From: Erysipelotrichaceae bacterium MTC7
GTDB lineage: Bacteria; Bacillota_I; Bacilli_A; Erysipelotrichales; Erysipelotrichaceae
Assembly (NCBI GenBank): GCA_001695645.1
Contig: LVZN01000045.1
Location: 84,653 to 116,652, forward strand
Direction: 5' to 3'
Length of the DNA: 32,000 bases
The notes under the pieces are model-generated. The model was not told the DNA's origin. It ran no database searches and was given only the letters and a program-made list of their open reading frames with translations. The first letter of the stretch is position 1. Every line of letters begins with the position of its first letter. Below, piece after piece: positions 1 to 8,105 of the stretch. Position numbers and translations under genes: made by a program.

Positions 1-572
1 TGACAAATATCAACCAGTCTGACTAATTCAGCTTCTTGCCATACACGACCATCAGGGTTGTGTGGATTACAAAGAATAAAGACTTTCGGTTTATGTTCCT
101 TAATTTTTGTCTCAAAATCATCAAAGTCTATTTCATAACGTGATGCATTTGCTTTTAAATAAGAGAAAACTGGTTTTCGATCTAAGCTTTCACTCATTTT
201 GAAAAAAGGTGTATAAACAGGATTGAACATAATAATTGAATCCTGAGGTTGGGTAAGTAGTAAGATTAATGCTTTTAAAGAAGCAAGGACATTGGTTGAG
301 AGTACAAGTGCTTCTTGTTTGATTTCCCAGTCATGATGGCGTGTATTCCAATTGATAATGGATGCATAGTTTCTATCGCTAGCAAGTGCATAGCCAAAGA
401 CACCGTGACGCGCTCTTTCAATTAAAGCATCTAATACTTCAGGAGGACTTTGAAAATCCATGTCAGCGACCCATAAAGGGATGACATCCTCTGTACAAAA
501 TACCGTTTTACGATTGTCCCATTTCATACTGTTTGTGTTTTCACGTTTAATTTCTTGATCAAATCGACTCAT
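1..572 (-). CDS. patB: PatB/MalY-type cystathionine beta-lyase (PLP-dependent class I/II aminotransferase fold); N-terminal part only, gene continues past window start
   Basis: Own translation of the minus strand from ATG at 572: MSRFDQEIKRENTNSMKWDNRKTVFCTEDVIPLWVADMDFQSPPEVLDALIERARHGVFGY...ILCNPHNPDGRVW. The SxKWD, WVADMDF and NPHNPxGRVW motifs are typical of PatB/MalY C-S lyases. SD GAGGTG lies upstream. Not in the ORF track because it is truncated by the window edge. Confidence 0.7.
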   Translation of the reverse strand, partial: MSRFDQEIKRENTNSMKWDNRKTVFCTEDVIPLWVADMDFQSPPEVLDALIERARHGVFGYALASDRNYASIINWNTRHHDWEIKQEALVLSTNVLASLKALILLLTQPQDSIIMFNPVYTPFFKMSESLDRKPVFSYLKANASRYEIDFDDFETKIKEHKPKVFILCNPHNPDGRVWQEAELVRLVDIC

Positions 573-591
573 ATAATCACCTCGTTTCTTC

Positions 592-620
592 ATTGTAGTA
601 TGAAAGTGAGGGAAAGTAAA
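592..620 (-). promoter_or_regulatory. Candidate sigma-A promoter of patB (TTTACT-17-TACAAT on the minus strand)
   Basis: Plus-strand AGTAAA (615-620) and ATTGTA (592-597) are the reverse complements of TTTACT and TACAAT, with a 17-nt spacer. Confidence 0.45.
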
Positions 621-629
621 ATGAAGTAA

Positions 630-643
630 CCTGTACGGTTAGG
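630..643. promoter_or_regulatory. TreR-operator-like element (variant copy CCTGTACGGTTAGG) between patB and treR
   Basis: 12 of 14 matches to the two identical CCTGTACGGACAGG elements in the tre promoter. It sits just upstream of the putative treR promoter. Confidence 0.45.
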
Positions 644-680
644 TGTTTATTTATGTCTACTTTTCCGTTACAATATAGAT

Positions 681-1388
681 ATGACTAAATACCAAAGAAT
701 CTATCAAGATTTACTTGATAAAATTAAAACAAAAACATATGAAAAAGGAACCTATCTGCCAAGTGAAAACGAGTTGATGAAAGCGTATGGTTCTTCACGT
801 GATACCATTCGTAAAGCGTTGCAGTTGCTATTGCAAAACGGTTATATTCAAAAAGTGGTGGGCAAGGGATCAATTGTCTTGGACAGCGAACGAATTGCAT
901 TTCCAGTATCTGGGATTTCCAGTTTTAAAGAATTAAAAAGTACGATGGACGGTGATATAGAAACAATCGTAGAAGAGTTTAATGTAATACCAGCGGATAA
1001 AGACTTAAAAGATGAGTTGTATATGGAAGATGGAGATGTCTATGTGATTGAGCGAATTCGGTCCATCAATGGGGAACGTATCATCCTAGACCGCGATTAC
1101 TTGAATGGAAATGTTATTCAAGGTTTGACGATTGATCACGCAAAAGATTCCATTTATGAATATATTGAAAATGAATTGAAATTAAATATAAGCTTTTCAC
1201 GTAAAGAAATCACGGTCATTCCGGCGACGAAACACGATCGCGAAGTACTGGATATGTTGGATTATGATTTACTGGTTTGTGTAAAATCATATTCGTATTT
1301 AGAAGACGCAACATTATTTGAATACACGATTTCAAAGCACCGACCTGACAAATTCAGATTTGTTGATTTTGCACGTAGAACACAGTAG
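681..1388 (+). CDS. treR: GntR/HutC-family transcriptional repressor, trehalose operon repressor TreR
   Basis: N-terminal GntR wHTH (LPSENELMKAYGSSRDTIRKALQLLLQNGYIQKVVGKGSIV) plus a UTRA-like C-terminal domain. Lies directly upstream of trehalose PTS and hydrolase genes. Confidence 0.8.
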   Translation: MTKYQRIYQDLLDKIKTKTYEKGTYLPSENELMKAYGSSRDTIRKALQLLLQNGYIQKVVGKGSIVLDSERIAFPVSGISSFKELKSTMDGDIETIVEEFNVIPADKDLKDELYMEDGDVYVIERIRSINGERIILDRDYLNGNVIQGLTIDHAKDSIYEYIENELKLNISFSRKEITVIPATKHDREVLDMLDYDLLVCVKSYSYLEDATLFEYTISKHRPDKFRFVDFARRTQ

Positions 1389-1394
1389 TTATAG

Positions 1395-1424
1395 ATACCT
1401 AGTAGGATGCTGGGTATTTTTTTT
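1395..1424 (+). terminator. Rho-independent terminator after treR
   Basis: ATACCTAG / CTGGGTAT stem (one G.U), 7-nt loop, followed by T8. Confidence 0.7.
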
Positions 1425-1444
1425 ATAAAAAGTAAAATAAATGA

Positions 1445-1473
1445 TTGACATACCTGTACGGACAGGCTATATT
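1445..1473 (+). promoter_or_regulatory. tre operon sigma-A promoter (TTGACA-17-TATATT)
   Basis: Consensus -35 TTGACA at 1445-1450, 17-nt spacer, -10 TATATT at 1468-1473. About 50 nt upstream of the treP start. Confidence 0.75.
1453..1466. promoter_or_regulatory. TreR operator 1 (CCTGTACGGACAGG) inside the promoter spacer
   Basis: Inverted arms CCTGT/ACAGG with a 4-nt centre. Identical copy at 1489-1502. Occupies the -35/-10 spacer. Confidence 0.6.
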
Positions 1474-1488
1474 GAAGATAGAAATAAG

Positions 1489-1502
1489 CCTGTACGGACA
1501 GG
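1489..1502. promoter_or_regulatory. TreR operator 2 (CCTGTACGGACAGG), just downstream of the predicted TSS
   Basis: Exact repeat of the 1453-1466 element, 36 nt downstream (start to start). Confidence 0.6.
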
Positions 1503-1521
1503 TTGAAAGGATGAAGAATGT

Positions 1522-2976
1522 ATGAAGGATTTTACGAAGGATGCAACATCACTATTAGAACTCGTTGGTGGTAAAGAAAACATCAAAGCGGTCACGCACT
1601 GTGTGACAAGAATGCGTTTTGTTTTAGTTGATGAAAGTAAGGCAAACATAAAAGATATTGAAGCTTTACCATCAGTGAAAGGAACATTTACGCAAGCCGG
1701 TCAATTCCAAGTAATTATTGGAAACGACGTTAGTGAGTTTTACAAAGACTTTGCAAAAGTAAGCGGGATTGAGGGTGTAGATAAAAATGCTGCAAAAGAA
1801 GTTGCAAAGGATAACTAAAGCACACTACAGAGATTTATGAGCAATATCGCCGAAATATTCGCTCCGTTAATTCCCGCACTAGTTTGTGGAGGGTTAATTC
1901 TAGGATTTAGAAACGTAATTGGAGATATTCAGTTTGGTGGACAAACCATTGTTGAAGGTAGTCAATTCTGGGCTGGTGTTCATAGTTTTCTTTGGTTAAT
2001 TGGAGAAGCTATTTTCCACTTCTTACCAGTTGGTATTACATGGTCAATTACAAAGAAAATGGGAACTACACAAATTCTAGGAATTGTGTTAGGAATTTGT
2101 TTGGTATCCCCACAACTATTAAATGCATACGGAGTAAGTGGAGCAACAGAAATTCCATTCTGGGACTTTGGTTTTGCAAAAATTGATATGATTGGATATC
2201 AAGCACAAGTAATTCCAGCAATCTTAGCAGGATTTACATTGGTATACTTAGAAAAAATGTGGAAGAAAGTCATTCCAAGTGTGATTCAATTGGTATTGGT
2301 ACCATTTTTAACACTTGTTCCTGCAGTTTTAATTGCACACGTTGTGCTTGGACCAATTGGTTGGGCAATGGGTGATGCAATTAGTCATGTAGTTTATACA
2401 GGATTGACTTCACAATTTGGGTGGTTATTTGCCGGTGTCTTTGGTTTCTTATACGCACCATTAGTTATCACAGGTTTACACCACATGACCAATGCGATTG
2501 ATTTACAACTAATGGACAAATACAGTGGAACGATTTTGTGGCCAATGATCGCATTATCAAACATTGCACAAGGTTCAGCAGTACTAGCGATGGTTTTCTT
2601 ACAACGTAAAAATGAAGCAGCGCAACAAGTTGCAATTCCATCAATGATTTCATGTTACTTAGGAGTTACAGAACCAGCGATGTTTGGTGTGAATATTAAA
2701 CACGGTTTCCCATTTATTTCTGCCATGATTGGTTCAAGTATTGCTGCAATGTTATCCGTTGGAACGGGTGTTATGGCAAACTCAATTGGAGTTGGAGGAA
2801 TTCCAGGATTCTTAGCAATTCAAGTACAACACTGGCCAATGTTCTTTGTTTGCATGGCAGTCGCAATTGTTGTTCCATTTGGGTTAACCTATGTCATTGG
2901 ACTGAAACGATTACCTCAAAGCGAACGTGTTAACAACGCAAAAGTAGATTTAGAAGAAATCGCAGAATTAGCATAA
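1522..2976 (+). pseudogene. treP: PTS trehalose-specific EIIBC (TreP/TreB) interrupted by an in-frame TAA at 1816-1818. Alternatively expressed as separate IIB (1522-1818) and IIC (1837-2976) polypeptides.
   Basis: The IIB domain has the phospho-Cys motif (KAVTHCVTRMRF). The IIC part has a typical glucose/sucrose-family membrane domain (ITGLHH, GVTEPAMFG). Both track ORFs are in the same frame: ...AKEVAKDN * STLQRFMSNIAEIF..., which matches the linker of single-chain EIIBC(Tre). Confidence 0.6.
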
Positions 2977-2990
2977 GGAATGGAGGATGT

Positions 2991-4646
2991 ATGAATAATT
3001 TTGGTAATAAAGTCATCTATCAAATTTATCCGAAATCTTATAAAGATAGCAATGGAGATGGAATTGGAGACTTTCCAGGAATTATTGAAAAACTTCCATA
3101 TTTGGCAAACTTAGGTATTGATTATATTTGGCTAAATGCATGTTTTGTATCACCACAAAACGACAATGGTTACGACGTTGCAGATTACTATGAAATTGAT
3201 CCAACCTATGGAACCATGGAAGATTTCGAACACCTGGTACATGATGCAAAAAAATATCACATTGAAATAATGTTGGACATGGTGTTTAACCATACGTCAA
3301 CACAACATGAGTGGTTTCAAAAAGCTTTAGCGGGTGATGAAACCTATAAGAATTATTATATTTGGCGCAAAGGTAAACCAAGTGGAAAACCACCAACTAA
3401 CTGGGTGAGTAAGTTTGGTGGTAACACTTGGGAATACGTAGAACGTTATGATGAATACTATTTACATCTCTATGATGTAAGTCAGGCTGATTTAAATTGG
3501 GACAACCCAGACGTGCGAAATGAAATGGCAAAAATAGTTGATTTCTGGATGCATAAAGGCGTTACTGGATTCCGCTTTGATGTGGTCAACCTTATCTCAA
3601 AACCAGAAACTTTGGAAGATGATTTTGAAGGAGATGGACGTCGCTTTTATACCGATGGACCACACGTACATGAATACCTACGAGGACTCAACAACGCTTC
3701 TTTTGGCAAGATTGATTCGTTAACCGTAGGTGAAATGTCATCGACATCACTTGAAAATTGTGTTAAATACGCAGGTGAAAATCGTCAAGAATTAAGTAGT
3801 GTATTCAATTTTCATCACTTAAAAGTGGATTACAAACATAAGGAAAAATGGAGTCTAAAAGACTTTGATTTCCAAGAATTAAAAGATCTTTTCATCACTT
3901 GGCAAGAGGGAATGCAAGATTACGATGCATGGAACGCTTTGTTTTGGTGCAACCATGATCAACCACGTGTGGTTTCGCGTTTTGGAAATGACCGTAGTTA
4001 TCCAAAAGAAAGTGCAAAAATGCTTGCTACAGCATTGCATATGATGCGTGGAATTCCATACATTTATCAAGGGGAAGAAATTGGTATGACAAATGCATAC
4101 TTTACAGATATTAGTGAATATCGCGATGTTGAATCGTTAAACTACTATGATATCTTAAAGAAATCTGGTAAAAAAGAATCAGAAGTAATGCACATTTTAC
4201 AAGAACGTTCACGTGATAATGGACGTACACCTATGCAGTGGGATGCAAGTGCAAATGCTGGATTTAGTGAAGCGACACCATGGTTGCAAGTTATCAAAAA
4301 TTACAAAGAAATCAATGTTGAAGCAGCCCTAGCCAATCTGGATTCTGTATTTTACCATTACCAGAAATTGATAGCTTTACGAAAAGAATACAAAGTTATT
4401 CAACAAGGACGTTTTGTGCCACTGGCAAAAGAGCATCCAGAACTGTTTGTATACAAACGTATTTTTTAAAACGAAGAAGTACTTGTTATTAACAATTTCT
4501 ATGGAAAAAGTGTAACGTATCATGTAAGTGATGCAAAAAACTATACGTTGTTGCTATCTAACTATGAAGCACAACCATGTCAAGAAATTATTAAGTTAAA
4601 ACCATATGAATCACTTATTTATTATCGAAAAAATGCGCAGTCATAA
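2991..4646 (+). pseudogene. treC: Trehalose-6-phosphate hydrolase (GH13, TreA/TreC) interrupted by an in-frame TAA at 4467-4469
   Basis: GH13 motifs DYIWLN, DMVFNHTS, GFRFDVVN, VGEM, FWCNHDQPR. After ...ELFVYKRIF * the same frame continues NEEVLVINNFYGKSVTY...LKPYESLIYYRKNAQS to TAA 4644-4646. That is the expected C-terminal beta-sandwich, for a total of about 551 codons. Confidence 0.65.
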
Positions 4647-4664
4647 TTGACTACGCATTTTTTA
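4628..4664. terminator. Bidirectional rho-independent terminator shared by treC and the convergent gene
   Basis: AAATGCGCAGTCA-TAAT-TGACTACGCATTT hairpin (one mismatch), flanked by A5 upstream and T6 downstream. Both stop codons lie within the hairpin. Confidence 0.7.
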
Positions 4665-5217
4665 TTAAACTGGCATCACCAAAGTAAGGCAATAACTTAG
4701 CAATGGCACTTTCGATTTCTTCTGCACTGCTTTGCTTTTTTAAAACGTCATATGCTTCGACTACTGCTTGTTGAAAAGCAGGTCGAATCTCTTCTGGTAC
4801 CGATTCAGGTTTTACTTTCATGGCAAGTTGAAGCAACATATTCAAACGGTTTCGTTTTAGAAAATAATGATGTTCTTCATTTAGTTCGACAAATAAATCG
4901 TTTGCTTTCCATTTTTGATTGTGTTCAGTAAGCATGGCTTTACGATCGATGTTAAGTTCATGTTCTTGTAATATTTTGGCAACTTCAGAAATAATCGATG
5001 CATCAACAACCGAAAATACAATCACTTCATGCGCAAATGGTGCAAAGGTTTCTTCAGGACTTGCTTCATATCCATCAAGTTCAAATAAATAACCAATACG
5101 TTCATGTAGTTGGGAAGCATCCATTGTGCGTACAACGAAATCCTCTTTCAACAAATCGCTTATTTTAGCTTCTTTTTCATGATTGCCATTTGTATATAAT
5201 AAAATTGTTCCTAACAT
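4651..5217 (-). CDS. Hypothetical cytoplasmic protein (188 aa), function unknown
   Basis: Track ORF trimmed to MLGTILLYTNG..., which is preceded by SD AGAGGAA. No motif I can assign. Confidence 0.6.
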   Translation of the reverse strand: MLGTILLYTNGNHEKEAKISDLLKEDFVVRTMDASQLHERIGYLFELDGYEASPEETFAPFAHEVIVFSVVDASIISEVAKILQEHELNIDRKAMLTEHNQKWKANDLFVELNEEHHYFLKRNRLNMLLQLAMKVKPESVPEEIRPAFQQAVVEAYDVLKKQSSAEEIESAIAKLLPYFGDASLIKNA

Positions 5218-5288
5218 AACAGTTCCTCTTCTTTTCTTACATCTAAATATAGCATAAAACAAAGAAGGACAACTAGCAAATATAATCC

Positions 5289-5317
5289 TTTACAGGATGC
5301 ATGAATGTTGATATACT
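5289..5317 (+). promoter_or_regulatory. Sigma-A promoter (TTTACA-17-TATACT) driving the riboswitch and ATPase transcript
   Basis: TTTACA at 5289-5294, 17-nt spacer, TATACT at 5312-5317. Confidence 0.65.
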
Positions 5318-5325
5318 ACAAAAGT

Positions 5326-5413
5326 AATAAGGGAGTAGTCGCACATATCCGTGTGATTTAGTCAACATCACGAAACGTTAGTTTCTGGCTGAATTTTAAA
5401 GACAAGACTTATT
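5326..5413 (+). promoter_or_regulatory. yybP-ykoY (Mn2+-sensing) riboswitch aptamer
   Basis: P1 pairing AAUAAG (5326-31) with CUUAUU (5408-13). Conserved GGAGUAG immediately 3' of the P1 5' strand (5332-38). GUCAACAUCA at 5361-70 and AAAGACAAGAC at 5398-5408 resemble the UUGACAUA and UUAGCAAGACC segments of the Lactococcus lactis yoaB element. The P1 3' strand is embedded in the terminator 5' arm. The downstream gene is a P-type ATPase, a known partner. Confidence 0.7.
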
Positions 5414-5441
5414 GAAAGATTGTTTTCAATGAGTCTTTTTT
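5404..5441 (+). terminator. Riboswitch expression-platform terminator
   Basis: 14-bp stem AAGACUUAUUGAAA / UUUCAAUGAGUCUU (one G.U), 6-nt loop, T run to 5441, 25 nt before the ATPase ATG. Confidence 0.8.
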
Positions 5442-5465
5442 ATTACTAGACTCCAGGAGGATCGC

Positions 5466-8069
5466 ATGAAACAATATACAAATTACAATTTGAAAGATGT
5501 GTTTGAAGAGTTTTCGACAACACGAGAAGGGCTGAGTGAAAGTGAAGCACAAAAGCGTTTAGAAAGAGATGGGAAAAACGAACTAGAAACGGAAGAGGCA
5601 GAAAGCGTCTTACGAATTTTTTTATCACAGTTTAAAGATTTACTAGTTATCGTATTGATTGTTGCTAGTTTGATTTCCATTGCTGTTGGCGAACTAGAAA
5701 GTGCAATCGTTATCTTGATTGTTATTACCTTGAATTCGCTATTGGGAACTGTACAAACTGTACGTGCACAAAAATCACTGGATTCTTTGAAAAAACTATC
5801 AACACCGTTTACTCGTGTTGTACGTGAAGGAATTGTAAAAGAAGTTCCATCAAATGAACTTGTGGTTGGAGATATCGTGCTTGTGGAAGCAGGAGATGTC
5901 ATCAGTGCCGATGGACGTGTCACTGATTCTTTTACGTTGCAAGTTAATGAAAGTTCTTTGACAGGAGAAAGTGAAAGTGTTGAAAAACATCCAGATCAAA
6001 TCCTAGAAGATGGTATTCAAATTGGGGATCAAAAGAATATGGTATTCTCGAGTAGTTTGGTTACCTATGGACGTGGAAAATACGTTGTTACAAGCACAGG
6101 AATGAAAACTGAAATTGGTCGTATTGCAGAAATGATGAATGCTACCAAAGAGAAACGAACACCATTGCAATTAAGCTTGGATGATTTCTCAAAAAAACTA
6201 TCGTTTGTAATTATCGCAATTTGTGTCGTTGTCTTAGGTTTGAACATGTTACGTGGAGGAAATCTACTTGATTCATTTATGTTTGCCGTTGCCCTAGCGG
6301 TTGCAGCAATTCCAGAAGCACTTGCTTCCATTGTCACAATTGTCTTATCGATTAGTACGCAAAAAATGGTGAAAGAACATGCCATTATGAAAAACATTAA
6401 TGCTGTTGAAACACTGGGTTGTGTTTCTATTATTTGTTCGGATAAAACTGGAACGTTAACACAAAACAAGATGAGTGCAGAAAGCATTTACTTAAATCGT
6501 CAATTGTATTTAAAAAGCGCAGCTGATAAAAATAACAAAGATGTGCGTTTATTAACAATGATTGGGGTCTTATGTAGTGATGCGACAATCAATGGGGAAC
6601 AACGCATTGGTGATCCAACTGAACTTGCATTTGTAGATCTTGCTCGTTTCTTTGAAATGAATGAAAACGAACTTCGTGAAAAATTCTATCGTGTCAAAGA
6701 ATTGCCATTTGATTCTGTGCGTAAATTGATGACAACAGTTTGTAACGTATACGATAAACGCGTGATGTATGTTAAAGGTGCTCCTGATGAACTGCTACGT
6801 GTTTGTACAAAGTATTACTATGAAGGTAAAGAGTTGGAACTTACAGATGAAGTGCGTGAAGAAATCTTACTTCAAAACGGTTTGTTTGCTGAACAAGGAC
6901 AACGCGTTCTTGCTCTTGCATACAAAGAGTTTAACCAAGATGAATTAAGTTTAGATGATGAAAAAGAACTTGTCTTTACGGGTCTAATTTCAATGATTGA
7001 TCCGCCAAGAGAAGAAAGTGCACAAGCGGTTGCCGATTGTTATACGGCTGGAATTAAGCCAATTATGATTACTGGTGACCATAAAGTTACAGCCACAGCG
7101 ATTGCCAAACGAATTGGTATCTTCAAAGATGGAGACCTAGCACTTGAAGGTCGTGAACTTGCAGTGATGAATGATGATCAATTGCATGAAATTATTGAAA
7201 AAGTTAGTGTTTATGCACGTGTTGCTCCCGAACATAAAATCCGTATTGTAGATGCATGGCAAAGCCGTGGACATAACGTTGCAATGACTGGAGACGGTGT
7301 AAATGATGCTCCAGCATTAAAACAAGCTGATATTGGAATTGCCATGGGTATTACAGGAACTGAGGTTAGTAAAGATGCTGCGAGTATGATTCTAACCGAT
7401 GATAACTTCTCAACCATTGTAAAGGCGATTGTAACGGGACGTAATGTCTACGATAACATCAAAAATGCGATTGCGTATTTATTAAGTGGAAACTTCTCTG
7501 GAATTTTGGCGGTATTATACTGTACTTTATTTGCTTTACCGTTACCGTTTATGCCAGTCCATTTATTGTTTATTAACCTTGTGACAGATTCTTTACCAGC
7601 GATTGCAATTGGTATGGAACCTTCCAATGCTTACTTACTATATGAAAAACCAAGAAATAAAAAAGCGAGTATTTTAAGTAAAAACACATTAAAACAAATT
7701 GGTTATGAAGGCTTACTAATCGCTATAGCAACACTTGTTGGTTTCCACTTAGGATTGCAACAAAGTACAGGACATGCAATGACATATGCGTTTGCTGTCT
7801 TATGTATGGCACGTTTATTCCATGGCTTTAACTGTCGTGGAAAACAATCTATTTTCAAACTCGGATTAGCAACGAATAAATTCTCAATTTATGCATTTAT
7901 TATTGGGTATATTCTAATTATGGGAATTATGATAATTCCTGCATTCCACGGTGTCTTTAAAATTGCGGATATTACTGCAATGGATATTTTGGTGATTAAT
8001 GCTTTAGCATTTGCCCCAACGATTGTTGTACAAATCACAAAGATTATCATGGGACGAAACGAAAAATAA
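5466..8069 (+). CDS. P-type (P2, Ca2+/Mn2+-type) cation-transporting ATPase
   Basis: Motifs TGES, ICSDKTGTLT (phospho-Asp), MITGDH, TGDGVNDAPAL and about 10 TM segments. SD GGAGGA upstream. The upstream Mn2+ riboswitch suggests Mn2+ (or Ca2+) efflux. Confidence 0.9.
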   Translation: MKQYTNYNLKDVFEEFSTTREGLSESEAQKRLERDGKNELETEEAESVLRIFLSQFKDLLVIVLIVASLISIAVGELESAIVILIVITLNSLLGTVQTVRAQKSLDSLKKLSTPFTRVVREGIVKEVPSNELVVGDIVLVEAGDVISADGRVTDSFTLQVNESSLTGESESVEKHPDQILEDGIQIGDQKNMVFSSSLVTYGRGKYVVTSTGMKTEIGRIAEMMNATKEKRTPLQLSLDDFSKKLSFVIIAICVVVLGLNMLRGGNLLDSFMFAVALAVAAIPEALASIVTIVLSISTQKMVKEHAIMKNINAVETLGCVSIICSDKTGTLTQNKMSAESIYLNRQLYLKSAADKNNKDVRLLTMIGVLCSDATINGEQRIGDPTELAFVDLARFFEMNENELREKFYRVKELPFDSVRKLMTTVCNVYDKRVMYVKGAPDELLRVCTKYYYEGKELELTDEVREEILLQNGLFAEQGQRVLALAYKEFNQDELSLDDEKELVFTGLISMIDPPREESAQAVADCYTAGIKPIMITGDHKVTATAIAKRIGIFKDGDLALEGRELAVMNDDQLHEIIEKVSVYARVAPEHKIRIVDAWQSRGHNVAMTGDGVNDAPALKQADIGIAMGITGTEVSKDAASMILTDDNFSTIVKAIVTGRNVYDNIKNAIAYLLSGNFSGILAVLYCTLFALPLPFMPVHLLFINLVTDSLPAIAIGMEPSNAYLLYEKPRNKKASILSKNTLKQIGYEGLLIAIATLVGFHLGLQQSTGHAMTYAFAVLCMARLFHGFNCRGKQSIFKLGLATNKFSIYAFIIGYILIMGIMIIPAFHGVFKIADITAMDILVINALAFAPTIVVQITKIIMGRNEK

Positions 8070-8072
8070 TGA

Positions 8073-8104
8073 AAAAAATCACTTCTTGAGGGAAGTGATT
8101 TTTG
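8073..8104. terminator. Bidirectional terminator between the ATPase gene and the convergent DUF438 gene
   Basis: ATCACTTC-TTGAGG-GAAGTGAT hairpin flanked by A7 and T5. Confidence 0.7.
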
Positions 8105-8105
8105 T

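Noticed and set aside
1837-2976. Treating the EIIC ORF (and treC 2991-4469) as intact stand-alone genes, as the ORF track suggests
   Set aside because: The IIC ORF has no SD and is in frame with the IIB ORF across a single TAA. The 492-aa TreC ORF lacks the C-terminal domain, which is encoded in frame immediately after its TAA. The evidence favours interrupted genes, though a split IIB/IIC cannot be fully excluded.
1816-4469. Reassignment of TAA as a sense codon (alternative genetic code) as an explanation for the two in-frame TAAs
   Set aside because: TAA is plainly used as a genuine terminator in the same window: the ATPase gene, ldh, the treP end and the treC distal end, all followed by terminators. 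Protein lengths elsewhere are normal.
5483-6487. Long minus-strand ORFs (146 aa and 140 aa) antisense to the P-type ATPase gene
   Set aside because: They lie entirely inside a gene with unambiguous P-type ATPase motifs on the + strand. The translations are low-complexity (Ser/Thr/Ile-rich) and lack an SD. These are typical shadow ORFs.
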